From Candidatus Poribacteria bacterium (GTDB taxonomy: Bacteria > Poribacteria > WGA-4E > WGA-3G), in the NCBI GenBank assembly GCA_965197475.1, contig CBDANF010000003.1:2656001-2720000 (forward strand): 64,000 bases of DNA, in the 5' to 3' direction. The notes beneath the pieces were generated by a model. It was not told where the DNA came from, made no database searches, and worked only from the letters and a program-made list of their open reading frames with translations. The position numbers and the translations under genes are program-made. Shown one piece after another: positions 42,292 through 52,333 of the stretch (position 1 is its first letter; every line of letters starts with the position of its first letter).

Positions 42292-42465
42292 ATAAGGATA
42301 CTGCAGTATCCTTATTGAAGGAAATCTTTCTAAAACAACTATTCCCATTTAGGAAACTGCAGTATTTTCCGGTGCAGCAGTTTCCTACGGGGATAGCTTA
42401 ATTAACCTAACCTAATCCAACTAACCTATCTAATAGGAGACTTGCGCCCGCAAGTTTCCTATTTT
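42292..42465 (+). terminator. Cluster of three hairpins after the LTD gene, last one terminator-like
   Basis: AATAAGGATACTGCAGTATCCTTATT perfect palindrome; TAGGAAACTGC...GCAGTTTCCTA; AATAGGAGACTTGC-GCCC-GCAAGTTTCCTATT followed by T-rich tract. Confidence 0.55.
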
Positions 42466-42603
42466 AACTTTTAACGCAGCTGGTTCACAAGTCCCCTTGA
42501 TAAGGGGGATTTAGGGGTTAAAATACCGAATGGTTTCCGATCTTGATTTATCTCGCGAAATCGGGTATAATAGAGACAGTGTTATCTGAATAGGACTTAC
42601 GCG

Positions 42604-42833
42604 CAAGTCCTCTTGATAAGGGGGATTTAGGGGGTTAAAATACCGAATTCAAGTCCTCTTGATAAGGGGGATTTAGGGGGTTAAAATACCGAATTCAAGT
42701 CCTCTTGATAAGGGGGATTTAGGGGGTTAAAATACCGAATTCAAGTCCTCTTGATAAGGGGGATTTAGGGGGTTAAAATACCGAATTCAAGTCCTCTTGA
42801 TAAGGGGGATTTAGGGGGTTAAAATACCGAATT
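42604..42833. repeat. Five identical 46-bp tandem repeats (MITE interior) plus an isolated copy at 42488-42531
   Basis: CAAGTCCTCTTGATAAGGGGGATTTAGGGGGTTAAAATACCGAATT x5, preceded by TAGGACTTACGC end; no spacers. Confidence 0.95.
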
Positions 42834-42904
42834 GAGGTAAACTTTGAAAACAAGATCACCCGCAAACGGGATTAGAAACGTTCAAAACCACCGTCAAGGA
42901 AGTT

Positions 42905-43204
42905 GTGCCCTTCTTCCAACTGGCACTCATCTATATTGTAGGGATATTTGAGTTAGGAGGAGAAATTATGCTCCGTTATACAAGCAAGATACAACAAGCC
43001 CTTGCACAAGGCAAAGTTGAAGGCAAAGTTGAAGGCAAAGTTGAAGGCAAAGCTGAAGGCATTAACCAGGGGCGCGCTGAGATTTACCGCGCATGGTATG
43101 CTGATTGGGAAAAACGCAAGCAGGAGGCAGCTGAAAAGGGTATCCCCTTTAACGAACCGCCCCCATATAACCCCGATAATACCAACACTACCGAGAAAGA
43201 ATAG
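42905..43204 (+). CDS. Small protein or 3' gene fragment with (GKVE)n repeats
   Basis: QGKVEGKVEGKVEGKAEG; strong AGGAGG RBS before ATG 42968; open frame extends back only to TGA 42845 beside the repeat array. Confidence 0.55.
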   Translation: MPFFQLALIYIVGIFELGGEIMLRYTSKIQQALAQGKVEGKVEGKVEGKAEGINQGRAEIYRAWYADWEKRKQEAAEKGIPFNEPPPYNPDNTNTTEKE

Positions 43205-43256
43205 CAAAACATGGTAATCAATTGTCTGAATCTCGGAATTTAGGAGGCACAGTAAT

Positions 43257-43494
43257 GTAGGTCGGGTAGCGCGTGCGAAACCCTTATGCGTCAATTTAGT
43301 GGGCAAATCCCGGCACACATTGTCCGGCGGGGTCTCCGTGCCCCGCCATATCCCATGTATCTGAACAACGGGCGGGCACGGAGACCCGCCCCTACAAGAA
43401 GGTTATTAGTTTCGGTTTGCTAAAATGTGTCCAACTTGAAATAAATCCTTAAATTGACGCATAAGGGTTTCACGTTGTTCTACCCAACCTACGA
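43257..43494. repeat. Inverted GTAG-REP pair (REPIN-like) with internal hairpins
   Basis: GAAACCCTTATGCGTCAATTTA / TAAATTGACGCATAAGGGTTTC; inner GGCGGGGTCTCCGTGCCC and GGGCACGGAGACCCGCC. Confidence 0.75.
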
Positions 43495-43517
43495 ACTCCG
43501 AAAATTGCTTACCGAAC

Positions 43518-44630
43518 TCACGTTATGTTTGCCTTTAAACCGCTACCGGTAAGAATTGATACCGTTGCATCCCCTTCTTGGATAATACCTGCCGCCTTAA
43601 ACTTCTCATATCCTTTGATAACAACTGCAGAGGTCGGTTCAACGTAGAGACCTTTCTCCGCAAGCGTTTTCATTCCCGTCCTGATGTCCGTATCATCAAC
43701 AGTAGTAAACGCACCTTTTGTCCAACGGATAGCCTCCAAAATCATCTCACCTCGGACAGGTAGTTCAGCAGTAATTCCTTCGGCAAGGGTTTGTCCTGTT
43801 TGTCGCATCCTTGAGATGGTAGGTGTTTTGTCACGGTAGGCATTGTAAATCGGGCAACAGGTTGCAGGTTGAACGCCCAATAAACGGGGAATGCTATCAA
43901 TCGTCCCCGCTTCGTACAGTTCCCGAAAACCGATAAACAATCCCAAATAGATGCTTCCGAATCCGACAGGACATATCACTTGTGCTGGAACGTTTCCTCC
44001 CAACTGCTCAATAATTTCATAAGCAATCGTTTTTGTGCCTTCTAAGAAAAAAGGGTGCCAATTGTGGGAAGCGTAGCAGGTGTTTTCTGCAGCCTGTTTA
44101 ACTGCTTCTGTTGTGGCAATGCGATTTCCCGGCACCAGTTTTAGCTCAGCACCGTAAGCGGAAATCTGTCTTAATTTACCTTTTGATGTGGATTCAGGGC
44201 AGTAGATGGTGCAGCGAATTCCCGCTCTTGCACTGTAGGCAGCGATTGCTGCACCCGCATTCCCTGATGAATCCTCTACTACCTCTTTGGCTCCAAGTGC
44301 CTTGAGATGTGTGAGTAACACAGAAGCACCACGGTCTTTATATGAACCCGTTGGACAGAGGTAGTCCAGTTTCACGTAGTGTTCTGGGTTGTCCGTTAAG
44401 TCCAACGGAATGAGTGGTGTCATGCCTTCCCCAAGGGTGACAATCTCTGTGCCCGCGCGAATAAGCAATGCCTCGTGGTAACGCCAAAGTGAGATTATGG
44501 AAGTATCCCATTCATAACGGCACGAGGCATTTTTTTCAAGAGTTAACGGAGAACCACAATCACACCGATACCGCAATTCTGATATCGCGTAGATGCTATT
44601 ACATTCATTACATTGATATTGCATGGTCAA
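43518..44630 (-). CDS. thrC: Threonine synthase-like PLP enzyme
   Basis: CxxC..CxC N-terminus, TLGEGMTPL, PTGSYKDRG, DSSGNAG, VEPTSA, ILTGSGLK. Confidence 0.75.
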   Translation of the reverse strand: MTMQYQCNECNSIYAISELRYRCDCGSPLTLEKNASCRYEWDTSIISLWRYHEALLIRAGTEIVTLGEGMTPLIPLDLTDNPEHYVKLDYLCPTGSYKDRGASVLLTHLKALGAKEVVEDSSGNAGAAIAAYSARAGIRCTIYCPESTSKGKLRQISAYGAELKLVPGNRIATTEAVKQAAENTCYASHNWHPFFLEGTKTIAYEIIEQLGGNVPAQVICPVGFGSIYLGLFIGFRELYEAGTIDSIPRLLGVQPATCCPIYNAYRDKTPTISRMRQTGQTLAEGITAELPVRGEMILEAIRWTKGAFTTVDDTDIRTGMKTLAEKGLYVEPTSAVVIKGYEKFKAAGIIQEGDATVSILTGSGLKANIT

Positions 44631-44794
44631 ATTGAATCAGAAGCATTATTATTGTCCATTGAATATGACGTACCATTTTTTCTCCTTATAATTTACTATA
44701 GTTTGAATGGAAATCGGGGTTGAAAACCCCTCCTACAAAATACAAATTAACACCGAATGCCAAATCAAGAGAAATGGCGTAATAAAACTAAAAC

Positions 44795-45799
44795 CTATTC
44801 ATCCCAAGGCAGTGGAACACCAAGACGTTCACTTGCTGCGCGTGCGGATGACTGTTCCATTTCACCGTAACGGATGCCTTCACGACGATGCAGTGCTGTT
44901 CGTTCCACTTCAATTGCACCGGGTAGCAGTGCTTGATCAGTACCCGGCAACGGTTCGTAGGTTTCGCGGACATCATGCACCAACCGATCGACTTCAGCAT
45001 GGAAAAGATCGGGTGGTACAATGGATTCAATATGTATAGCGAGCACCATGCCACCATGACGTGCACCACTCCACTTTGCTGTATCCTCTGGAGGCGGTTC
45101 AGTGAATCCAGTCAACGCGCCTCCAAGCAGACACGCCACAGTCGTATAGCCGATGCTCTTAAAGAAAGCTGCGGGAATCACCGATAGCAATTCATCAAAT
45201 TCGGGACCGCGTTGGTAGTCTGCCATAATAGACGTTGCTGCATCAAGCACGACTGGTGGTTCATCACCTGAGGGGATTGCAAAACAGATAGGCGGGTTTC
45301 CGTAGTAACCAAGTTGCGGTTTCGAATCACGGTTTGCAGCATTACCATGGTTCTGATACCCCTGTACCGAAAAACCGATGCAACCCGATTCATTACATAG
45401 TCGCGCATAGTGACCCGCCGAACCGTAATGTCCGATATAACGTGCAAGTCCCATGCCGATGCCGACCGCTTTCGCTTTCGCGATCGCGTGTTCGGTAGCA
45501 CGTACCATCGGAAGATAGCCAAGCGTACCGTTTCCATCAAGCACAACGGCTGTCGGTGTTTCGTGGATAATGCGAATATCAGGGCGCGTGTTATAACTGC
45601 CATTTTCAAAGCCGCTGCAGTACCCGCTAAGCGTTCGTGTGCCGTGGCTACGGACCCCGCGCAGATCAGAATTCACGAGTAGGCGGCTGATGAGCGCGGC
45701 GTGTTCGTGTGTAATGCCCGCTTTTTTGAAGCAGGCAGTGCTGAAGTTGAGAAGTCGTTCTTCATCTACACGGATGAACTCTTCTGGCGGTCTATTCAT
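44795..45799 (-). CDS. Ldh_2-family (type 2 malate/L-lactate) oxidoreductase
   Basis: SDLRGVRSHG, VLDGNGTLG, HYGSAGHYA, GNPPICFAIP, VVLDAATS, LLPG. Confidence 0.85.
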   Translation of the reverse strand: MNRPPEEFIRVDEERLLNFSTACFKKAGITHEHAALISRLLVNSDLRGVRSHGTRTLSGYCSGFENGSYNTRPDIRIIHETPTAVVLDGNGTLGYLPMVRATEHAIAKAKAVGIGMGLARYIGHYGSAGHYARLCNESGCIGFSVQGYQNHGNAANRDSKPQLGYYGNPPICFAIPSGDEPPVVLDAATSIMADYQRGPEFDELLSVIPAAFFKSIGYTTVACLLGGALTGFTEPPPEDTAKWSGARHGGMVLAIHIESIVPPDLFHAEVDRLVHDVRETYEPLPGTDQALLPGAIEVERTALHRREGIRYGEMEQSSARAASERLGVPLPWDE

Positions 45800-45846
45800 A
45801 TTTTTCTCCTATTTCGTGTTGATACTATAGTAAAGTATAATACCAA

Positions 45847-45967
45847 CAGGATTTACGCAATGTATTCAAAAGTCCCACTGATAAGGGGGATTTAGGGGGT
45901 TAAATCACTGAAATAACGACTTTTTAACCCCCCTACCCCCTTATCAAGGGGGAATGCGTAAGTCCTG
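45847..45967. mobile_element. 121-bp MITE, CAGGACTTACGCA family, inserted in the left TIR of a TAATACCAAATTA element ending ~46057
   Basis: CAGGATTTACGCA/TGCGTAAGTCCTG; 5-bp duplication ACCAA. Confidence 0.85.
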
Positions 45968-46151
45968 ACCAAATTAGCTTGATTCGACGTTTTCGGATAA
46001 AGTTGGCAGTGCAAGGCACGGGGACCTCACACTACAAATCAAGTTAATTGGGTATTAGGGACATGGCGAGACACAGAGACCTCGTCCTACAATTGATTTA
46101 TGAGATAAGTTGTACTATAAATGTAGTTTGCTTTGAATTAAGGGTTTAGGA

Positions 46152-47861
46152 CTATTCTTTCTGTGAGACTGTTTTTCTTTCCTGAATTAAAACAGTGCCA
46201 TTGTGACTCATGTGTGCGGTTGTAGTACCATCCGGGGAATGCAATAACCTCTTGGAACCACCTGGAATATCGGTGGGTGTTGCCGTGAGTTCCTTACCTG
46301 TTTGAACATCCCACACTCGTGTTTTCTTTTGCCAATCCCCAGTAGCAATTATTTTTTTACCATCCTCCGAAAATACCACAGTACGAACAGCACCTGGTCC
46401 TTTATATATGACTCTTTTACGTTTTCCTGTTCTGGCATTCCACAAACACACCGTCCCTTTTTCATGAGTATAACAATCTAATCCTGTAACGATTGTTATA
46501 CCATCAGGGGAATACGCCATGGAAGAAAAATCATACTCTCTATCCTGAATTACGTTAAAAATCTCATCAATCAAACCAAAATGCTTGAGTGTTGCTTTAT
46601 GTTTACCTGTTTGTGTATCTAACAAGAAAACCTTATCATAAGGCCTTGCCACAGCGATTGTTTTGCCATCAGGGGAATATGTTACTCTGGAAATTCTACC
46701 GTACCCAGTAAAAGTGTTTTTTATTTTTCCTGTTTGCGTGTCCCACAATTGCACCTTACCATCTTCACTACCGGTGACAATTGTTTTGCTGTCAGGAGAA
46801 TATGCTGCGGTATTGATATGCATATATCCTGTGAGTATGGCTTTAGATTTACCGGTGGCAGCATCCCATAACCGCAACGTTTTGTCTGCGCTTGCGGTAG
46901 CGATAGTGCTTCCATCGGGAGAATACGCGACAGATTTGACTCTCTCTGTGTGTCCAGTGAGGGTGGATTTAAGTTTCATTGTCCGTGTGTCCCACAATTG
47001 CACGTCACCGTTTCCTGTTCCGCAGACGATGGTGTTTCCATCTGGAGAATATGTCAGAGAGATTATTACTTTTTGTTTTGATATGAGCGTAGTTTTGTGA
47101 GTTCCAGTGATAGCATCCCACAATCGAATCGTCCCATCGTAACTGCTTGTAGCAATAGTCTTGCTATCTGGAGAATATGCCGCGGAGAAAACGTGTTTTG
47201 TATGTCCAGTAAGTGTGATTTTGTGTTCACCGGTTTTCCCATCCCACAAGTGTACCACGTTATCGTCCCCAGCAGCAGCGTAAGTTGTCCCATCCGAAGA
47301 AAACACAACAAAAGTGTCCCGTTTCGTATGCATTCTACTTGTGGAAATATTTTCACCCGTCTGAGCGTTCCATAAGCGGACCGTGTTATCATAATGCCAT
47401 CCACCAGTGGCAATAGTCTTTCCATCGGGAGAATACGCGATTGAATTAACACGCATTGTATGTCCTATGAGTATTGCTTTGTCTTCTCCAGTAGCGACAT
47501 CCCACACCTCCACTGCCCATATACCACGTCCAGTCGTCCGTTTAGGTTTACCCCAACTTGTACTAGCAATTGTTTTACCATCAGGGGAAAATGCAAAAAT
47601 GTAAGGACGTGTAATGTGTGAACGCTTTAACAGTTCCAATGCTTTTCCTGTCTGCGGGGCATGGAGCCAAATTCCGATAGAAGTTGAAACCGCAAGTTTG
47701 CTACCATCTGGAGAAAAGTGGATTTCACCAAGGGTGCCTTTGCCAATACGTGCTATTGCCCCTTCGGGTAAGCCAATTTGCGGGTTATCTTGTGCAACTG
47801 AGGGAAAACAACAGATTGAAATTGTGAGTAGTGTGTATATCAAAACAAAGGAAGTTTTCAT
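46152..47861 (-). CDS. Secreted WD40-repeat protein
   Basis: Signal peptide, GLPEGAIARIGKG lead-in, ~11-12 YSPDG/GHT WD40 blades; no cohesin, dockerin or CTD. Confidence 0.88.
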   Translation of the reverse strand: MKTSFVLIYTLLTISICCFPSVAQDNPQIGLPEGAIARIGKGTLGEIHFSPDGSKLAVSTSIGIWLHAPQTGKALELLKRSHITRPYIFAFSPDGKTIASTSWGKPKRTTGRGIWAVEVWDVATGEDKAILIGHTMRVNSIAYSPDGKTIATGGWHYDNTVRLWNAQTGENISTSRMHTKRDTFVVFSSDGTTYAAAGDDNVVHLWDGKTGEHKITLTGHTKHVFSAAYSPDSKTIATSSYDGTIRLWDAITGTHKTTLISKQKVIISLTYSPDGNTIVCGTGNGDVQLWDTRTMKLKSTLTGHTERVKSVAYSPDGSTIATASADKTLRLWDAATGKSKAILTGYMHINTAAYSPDSKTIVTGSEDGKVQLWDTQTGKIKNTFTGYGRISRVTYSPDGKTIAVARPYDKVFLLDTQTGKHKATLKHFGLIDEIFNVIQDREYDFSSMAYSPDGITIVTGLDCYTHEKGTVCLWNARTGKRKRVIYKGPGAVRTVVFSEDGKKIIATGDWQKKTRVWDVQTGKELTATPTDIPGGSKRLLHSPDGTTTAHMSHNGTVLIQERKTVSQKE

Positions 47862-48097
47862 GATGTTTATCTCCTTTTCGTAATCGTAAATAATTCATTT
47901 CCAAAAGCCCGTCGATTTGTTTTCTAACACTGTTTTGTTGAAAACTGTTTCGGTTTTCTTCCAGAAATATTAAATTTACTAAATACTCATGAAAACTTCC
48001 AAACCAGATAAATTTGATTATTTACATGCCTCACAACGAAGCGGTGAAATCGGGCAAATTGCTATAAGTTACGGCATACGGAGTAACCTACTACTTT

Positions 48098-49252
48098 CTA
48101 AGGATCAATTTGCTGGTAAAATAGCTTTTCACCGTTTTTGATTGTGAATATAACAGCACCCTTGGTTGGATGACGGTTTTCGTTATAAAGTGCGATACTC
48201 GTTGCACCAACATAATTTTCAGTAGCTGCAAGTTGCTCACGTATTGCATCTGGATCCAAGCTGCCTGCCCGTTCTATTGCTTCAAAAAGCAATTTCACTG
48301 CATCGTAACTTACAGCAACGCCTCCAGTAGGTGTAGATTCATAGATGGATTCGTAAGTGTCAACAAAAGCGCGTGCTGTCGGTTCATCTGTATCAGGCGA
48401 AAAGTGACCACTGAAGTAACTGCCTTCTACTTTAGCATTTTCATCGTCAAACACAAGTTCACTGTCCCATGAATCTGCGCCAAGAAAAATAGTCGGTTCA
48501 CCATCGGCGTTTTGCAGCGGAATAGCCCGTGCCTGTTGTGTTATATTCACAATATCTTGAGCAAAACCGGATGCAAAAAGGACATCAGGTTTCATTTCAG
48601 CTATTTGCGTTAACTGTTCCATGAAATCTGTTGTGTCTCCCTCATAAAATGCATGTTCTACCACATCTCCACCGAGTTCGTTGAAATTGGTTGCAAAAAA
48701 TTCAGATATTCCTTCTGTGTAGAGGTCGCCGCTTCGTGTCAAAATTGCAGCGGTTGAGATACCGAGTTCCATTTTCGCAAATTGTGCCATGACAGCTCCT
48801 TGGAAACTATCCGTAAAAGATGCCATGAAAACAAAATCACCAGCTTGTGTAACATTTGGGTTCGTTGCAGTTGTCGTCACCATCGGTATCCTATGTTTTT
48901 GTGCTACAGGACCTACTACCGCAGCGTGAGAAGAACGATTCGGTCCAATCAGCGCGACGATTTCGTCTTCAACAATCAGTGACTCAGCAAGTTGTACAGA
49001 GACATCCAGTACCGCCTCTTTGTTAATATGACCAATCAACTCAACAGGCATGCCGAATAATCCGCCGCGCTGGTTTATTTCTGTCACAGCCAGCTCTGCC
49101 CCGTTAGGATAGGTAACACGTTGTCCGGCAACAATAAAACCGATCTTCACAGTTGGCTCTGGCGTGGGAGCAAGTACCTTTTTGACGTTATCACATCCTA
49201 TAAATGTTACGGCTAACAGACTTAAACAAAATGTTGCTAAAAATTTGTGCAT
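48098..49252 (-). CDS. Branched-chain amino acid type ABC substrate-binding lipoprotein (LivJ/K-like)
   Basis: Lipobox FIGC; GAELAVTEINQRGG, LIGPNRSS, TDSFQG, SYDAVKLL. Confidence 0.85.
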   Translation of the reverse strand: MHKFLATFCLSLLAVTFIGCDNVKKVLAPTPEPTVKIGFIVAGQRVTYPNGAELAVTEINQRGGLFGMPVELIGHINKEAVLDVSVQLAESLIVEDEIVALIGPNRSSHAAVVGPVAQKHRIPMVTTTATNPNVTQAGDFVFMASFTDSFQGAVMAQFAKMELGISTAAILTRSGDLYTEGISEFFATNFNELGGDVVEHAFYEGDTTDFMEQLTQIAEMKPDVLFASGFAQDIVNITQQARAIPLQNADGEPTIFLGADSWDSELVFDDENAKVEGSYFSGHFSPDTDEPTARAFVDTYESIYESTPTGGVAVSYDAVKLLFEAIERAGSLDPDAIREQLAATENYVGATSIALYNENRHPTKGAVIFTIKNGEKLFYQQIDP

Positions 49253-49306
49253 ATTATAGTTCCTTTGTTACGGCATACGTAATATGCCTACTCCTCTTTT
49301 ATGTAA

Positions 49307-49428
49307 CAGGATTTACGCAACAGGTTCAAAAGTCCCTTGATAAGGGGGATTTAGTGGGTTAAAAACACCGAAATAACGACTTTTTAAATCCAATACTTCC
49401 TTTTTCTCCCCAATTTGCGTAAGTCCTG
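49307..49428. mobile_element. 122-bp MITE, CAGGACTTACGCA family
   Basis: CAGGATTTACGCAA/TTGCGTAAGTCCTG; 5-bp duplication TGTAA. Confidence 0.85.
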
Positions 49429-49628
49429 TGTAAAAAATACCTTTTCTTTGTTTCAGATTTTTGTTAAAATGAAAAAACTTATGCTGACAGCATCGCTTGC
49501 CTCGTTATCCTTAAAATCAGCAACGAGGATCGAGCTTGCCTCAAGCATGATGAACTTTATATCTATTATTATTTAATTTACAAAAATAAGCAAGTTATTT
49601 CTATATCCGTTGTATAGGTCTATAAATT

Positions 49629-50372
49629 ATGGAAACCTTAATCACAGTGATTGGGCGTGGGCACTCTGGCACACGAGCCATTTCACATACGTTGTACGCC
49701 AGTGGTGTTTATATGGGTAGTCAACTGAATCCATCTGGAGATAAGATTCCACCACATGCAATGTACGATGCATGCCGTGTGATGGCAAAATACGTCAAAT
49801 GGAAGGGCGGGTTATCGTGGAATTTCGAGCCGCTGTTTAAGATGCCGATTGACTCCGAGTTTGAGCAGCTTATCAATACCTATTTGGATGATGTGCTGCG
49901 GGACAAATCTGCGTACAAGGGTTGGAAAATACCTGAGACTACACTCATATACCCATGGATAGCGCGCATGTTTCCAGAGATACGTTTTATTCATTGGATT
50001 CGTGACCCAAGAGATTGTATTCTGGGTAGCCACAAAACAGATAATTTACGTGACTTTGGCATCGAATATCCACAAACGGATGATGTTTACGAGAGGCGTG
50101 CCATTTCTTGGCACTACCAATATCAGTTGATGAAAGCCACACCGAAATCGAAACATGTTATCCAGGTGCGTTTTGAGGACTTCGTGCTTAAACAAGAGGA
50201 GACACTCAAACGACTTGAAGCATATTTGGGCATTCCGTTAGGACGAATTGTGGTGCGTCCGGAGGCGGTTGCACGTTGGAAACGGGTTGATGAACCTCGT
50301 GAACTTCCATTTGAATTTTTGCGTGAGGCTATTGTTGAAAACGGTTATGTGTTAAAAGTATCTTCTTCATAA
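49629..50372 (+). CDS. Sulfotransferase
   Basis: IGRGHSGT (5'-PSB), GWKIP, IRDPRD (3'-PB), VRFEDFV. Confidence 0.85.
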   Translation: METLITVIGRGHSGTRAISHTLYASGVYMGSQLNPSGDKIPPHAMYDACRVMAKYVKWKGGLSWNFEPLFKMPIDSEFEQLINTYLDDVLRDKSAYKGWKIPETTLIYPWIARMFPEIRFIHWIRDPRDCILGSHKTDNLRDFGIEYPQTDDVYERRAISWHYQYQLMKATPKSKHVIQVRFEDFVLKQEETLKRLEAYLGIPLGRIVVRPEAVARWKRVDEPRELPFEFLREAIVENGYVLKVSSS

Positions 50373-50396
50373 AATTCTGTTAAAAGAGGAACTATT

Positions 50397-51422
50397 ATGC
50401 CAAAAAATGGAATATACCAAGTTGGATTGGTTGGAACTGGTGGAATTGCCAATGCACACGGCGGCGCGTGCCAACAGGCACCGAGTGCTGAATTGGCTGC
50501 GATCTGTGATGTGTCGGAAGGCGCATTAGCAGGTTTCGGTGAGCGGTTCGGTGTGGATCCCGAAAATCGTTATCTCTCTTTAGAAGAGATGTTAGAATCT
50601 GAAGATTTGGATATTGCGGTCATCTGCACGTGGGGTGCTTATCACGCCGAAGTAGGTATAAAAATATCCGAATCCCGTCAAGTTAAAGCGATCTTGTGTG
50701 AGAAGCCTTTCACGTCAACAGCTGCAGAAGCGGAGGCATTCGTTGGTGCAGCACAAGAGAACGGTGTTCTTGTCGCAGAAGCGTTTAAGTTTCGCCACCA
50801 TCCGATGCATATCAAGGCAAAAGAACTAATTGATTCGGGGGCAATCGGTGAGTTTATGACGCTCCGCAGCACTTTCTGCACAGGCGGCGGCGGCGGTGGT
50901 CCTGAAACGCGCAAACCCGAAGCGAATTGGCGGTTTAACAAAGCAAAGGGTGGTGGTAGTATTTACGATTTGGCGTGTTACAATATCCACCATGCGCGGT
51001 TTATGTTTGGTGCTGAACCGATTCGGGTTTCAGGAGCATCTCAAGCAGGATTGGAAGTAGACGATGCTTCCTACCTACTCTTAGTATTCCCGGATGAAAA
51101 AACTGCCCAGATTTCTACCGGTTTCAATTGTGCTGGTGGTCAGTATGCCGAAATGACAGGGTTAGGTGGCATGCTTCGAATTGATGCCGCATGGAATAAT
51201 GGAGGTTCTCCTGTTAATATTGTTCTACAGAACAGGGATGGTCGTCAAGTGATTGATATTGATCCTTGTAATCAGTTTGCATTGCAGCTTGAGCACATGT
51301 GCGAATGTTTGAAAACAGGACAACCGCACCGTATCTCACCTGAAAGCTGCGTGAATCAGATGCGCGTCATTGATGCTGCTTTTGAGGCAATGGCAATAGG
51401 GCGGACAGTTGAGTTGGGATAG
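50397..51422 (+). CDS. Gfo/Idh/MocA-family oxidoreductase
   Basis: GLVGTGGIA, ILCEKP, GGGSIYDLACY. Confidence 0.9.
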   Translation: MPKNGIYQVGLVGTGGIANAHGGACQQAPSAELAAICDVSEGALAGFGERFGVDPENRYLSLEEMLESEDLDIAVICTWGAYHAEVGIKISESRQVKAILCEKPFTSTAAEAEAFVGAAQENGVLVAEAFKFRHHPMHIKAKELIDSGAIGEFMTLRSTFCTGGGGGGPETRKPEANWRFNKAKGGGSIYDLACYNIHHARFMFGAEPIRVSGASQAGLEVDDASYLLLVFPDEKTAQISTGFNCAGGQYAEMTGLGGMLRIDAAWNNGGSPVNIVLQNRDGRQVIDIDPCNQFALQLEHMCECLKTGQPHRISPESCVNQMRVIDAAFEAMAIGRTVELG

Positions 51423-51494
51423 TATAATGGTCTATAGGGCGGGTCTTTGTGCCCGTCCTTTCTTTATGCGTAGAGGAACATAGTAAGGATATTC

Positions 51495-52193
51495 ATGACG
51501 AATTTCGCAGAAACAAAAGCCCTCACCTTTGATCTGTTCGGTACAATTTTAGATTTAGGAGGCAGCCTTACACCGTTCATTCGTAAATCGTTAGATGCCC
51601 GAGATGTTGACAACCTGTCCGCAGATGAATTTTGGGAACAGTGGCGTTACAGACAACGGATTGAGCAGTACCAAGATACGATGATGATGCTTGGGCATAG
51701 TGGGTATCTGGAAACAGTCCGTCGGGCACTCCACTACACGCTAAGGCGGAACGGCATTGATGCGTCGCCTGATACGGTAAAAGAGTTTATGCATGGATGG
51801 CAACACCTCTCGCCCTTTCCAGAAGTTTTGTCTGCACTTGCGCGGCTCCAATTTCGGTATCAATTGGTGGTGTTGTCCAATGGGGATCCAGAATTTTTAG
51901 AATATCTCGTCACGGAACGGGTTGAATGGGATTTTGACGATGTAATTTCGGTTACATCTGTAGGTGCGTTTAAACCGCATCCTGCAGTTTATCGTGGTGC
52001 CGCAGGCAACCTGGGTCTTGAAGTCAATGCGTGTTTGATGGTATCTGCCAATTCATTTGACATCATGGGCGCGCGGGCGTGTGGGTATCAAGGTGCGTTT
52101 GTTAACCGCTACGATTTACCTTACGAGGATACACCATATCAACCCGATGTGGCAGTAAACGATTTTATGGAATTGGCAGACGCATTGCTGTGA
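51495..52193 (+). CDS. Haloacid dehalogenase, type II
   Basis: FDLFGTILD, VVLSNG, FKPHPAVY, MVSANSFDIMGA. Confidence 0.88.
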   Translation: MTNFAETKALTFDLFGTILDLGGSLTPFIRKSLDARDVDNLSADEFWEQWRYRQRIEQYQDTMMMLGHSGYLETVRRALHYTLRRNGIDASPDTVKEFMHGWQHLSPFPEVLSALARLQFRYQLVVLSNGDPEFLEYLVTERVEWDFDDVISVTSVGAFKPHPAVYRGAAGNLGLEVNACLMVSANSFDIMGARACGYQGAFVNRYDLPYEDTPYQPDVAVNDFMELADALL

Positions 52194-52333
52194 TTAATTA
52201 GACCGGGTTATGCAGGTTTACCTTTATTACTTATAGTTTGTATCAAATGCCCCCATGAGTTATACTATTAGTATTCGTTAAACTAACGGGTAGATGTATT
52301 TGCATCGCCGACACTTTCTTCATGGAGGTCAAT

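Noticed and set aside
42604-42833. CRISPR array
   Set aside because: Head-to-tail identical 46-mers without spacers
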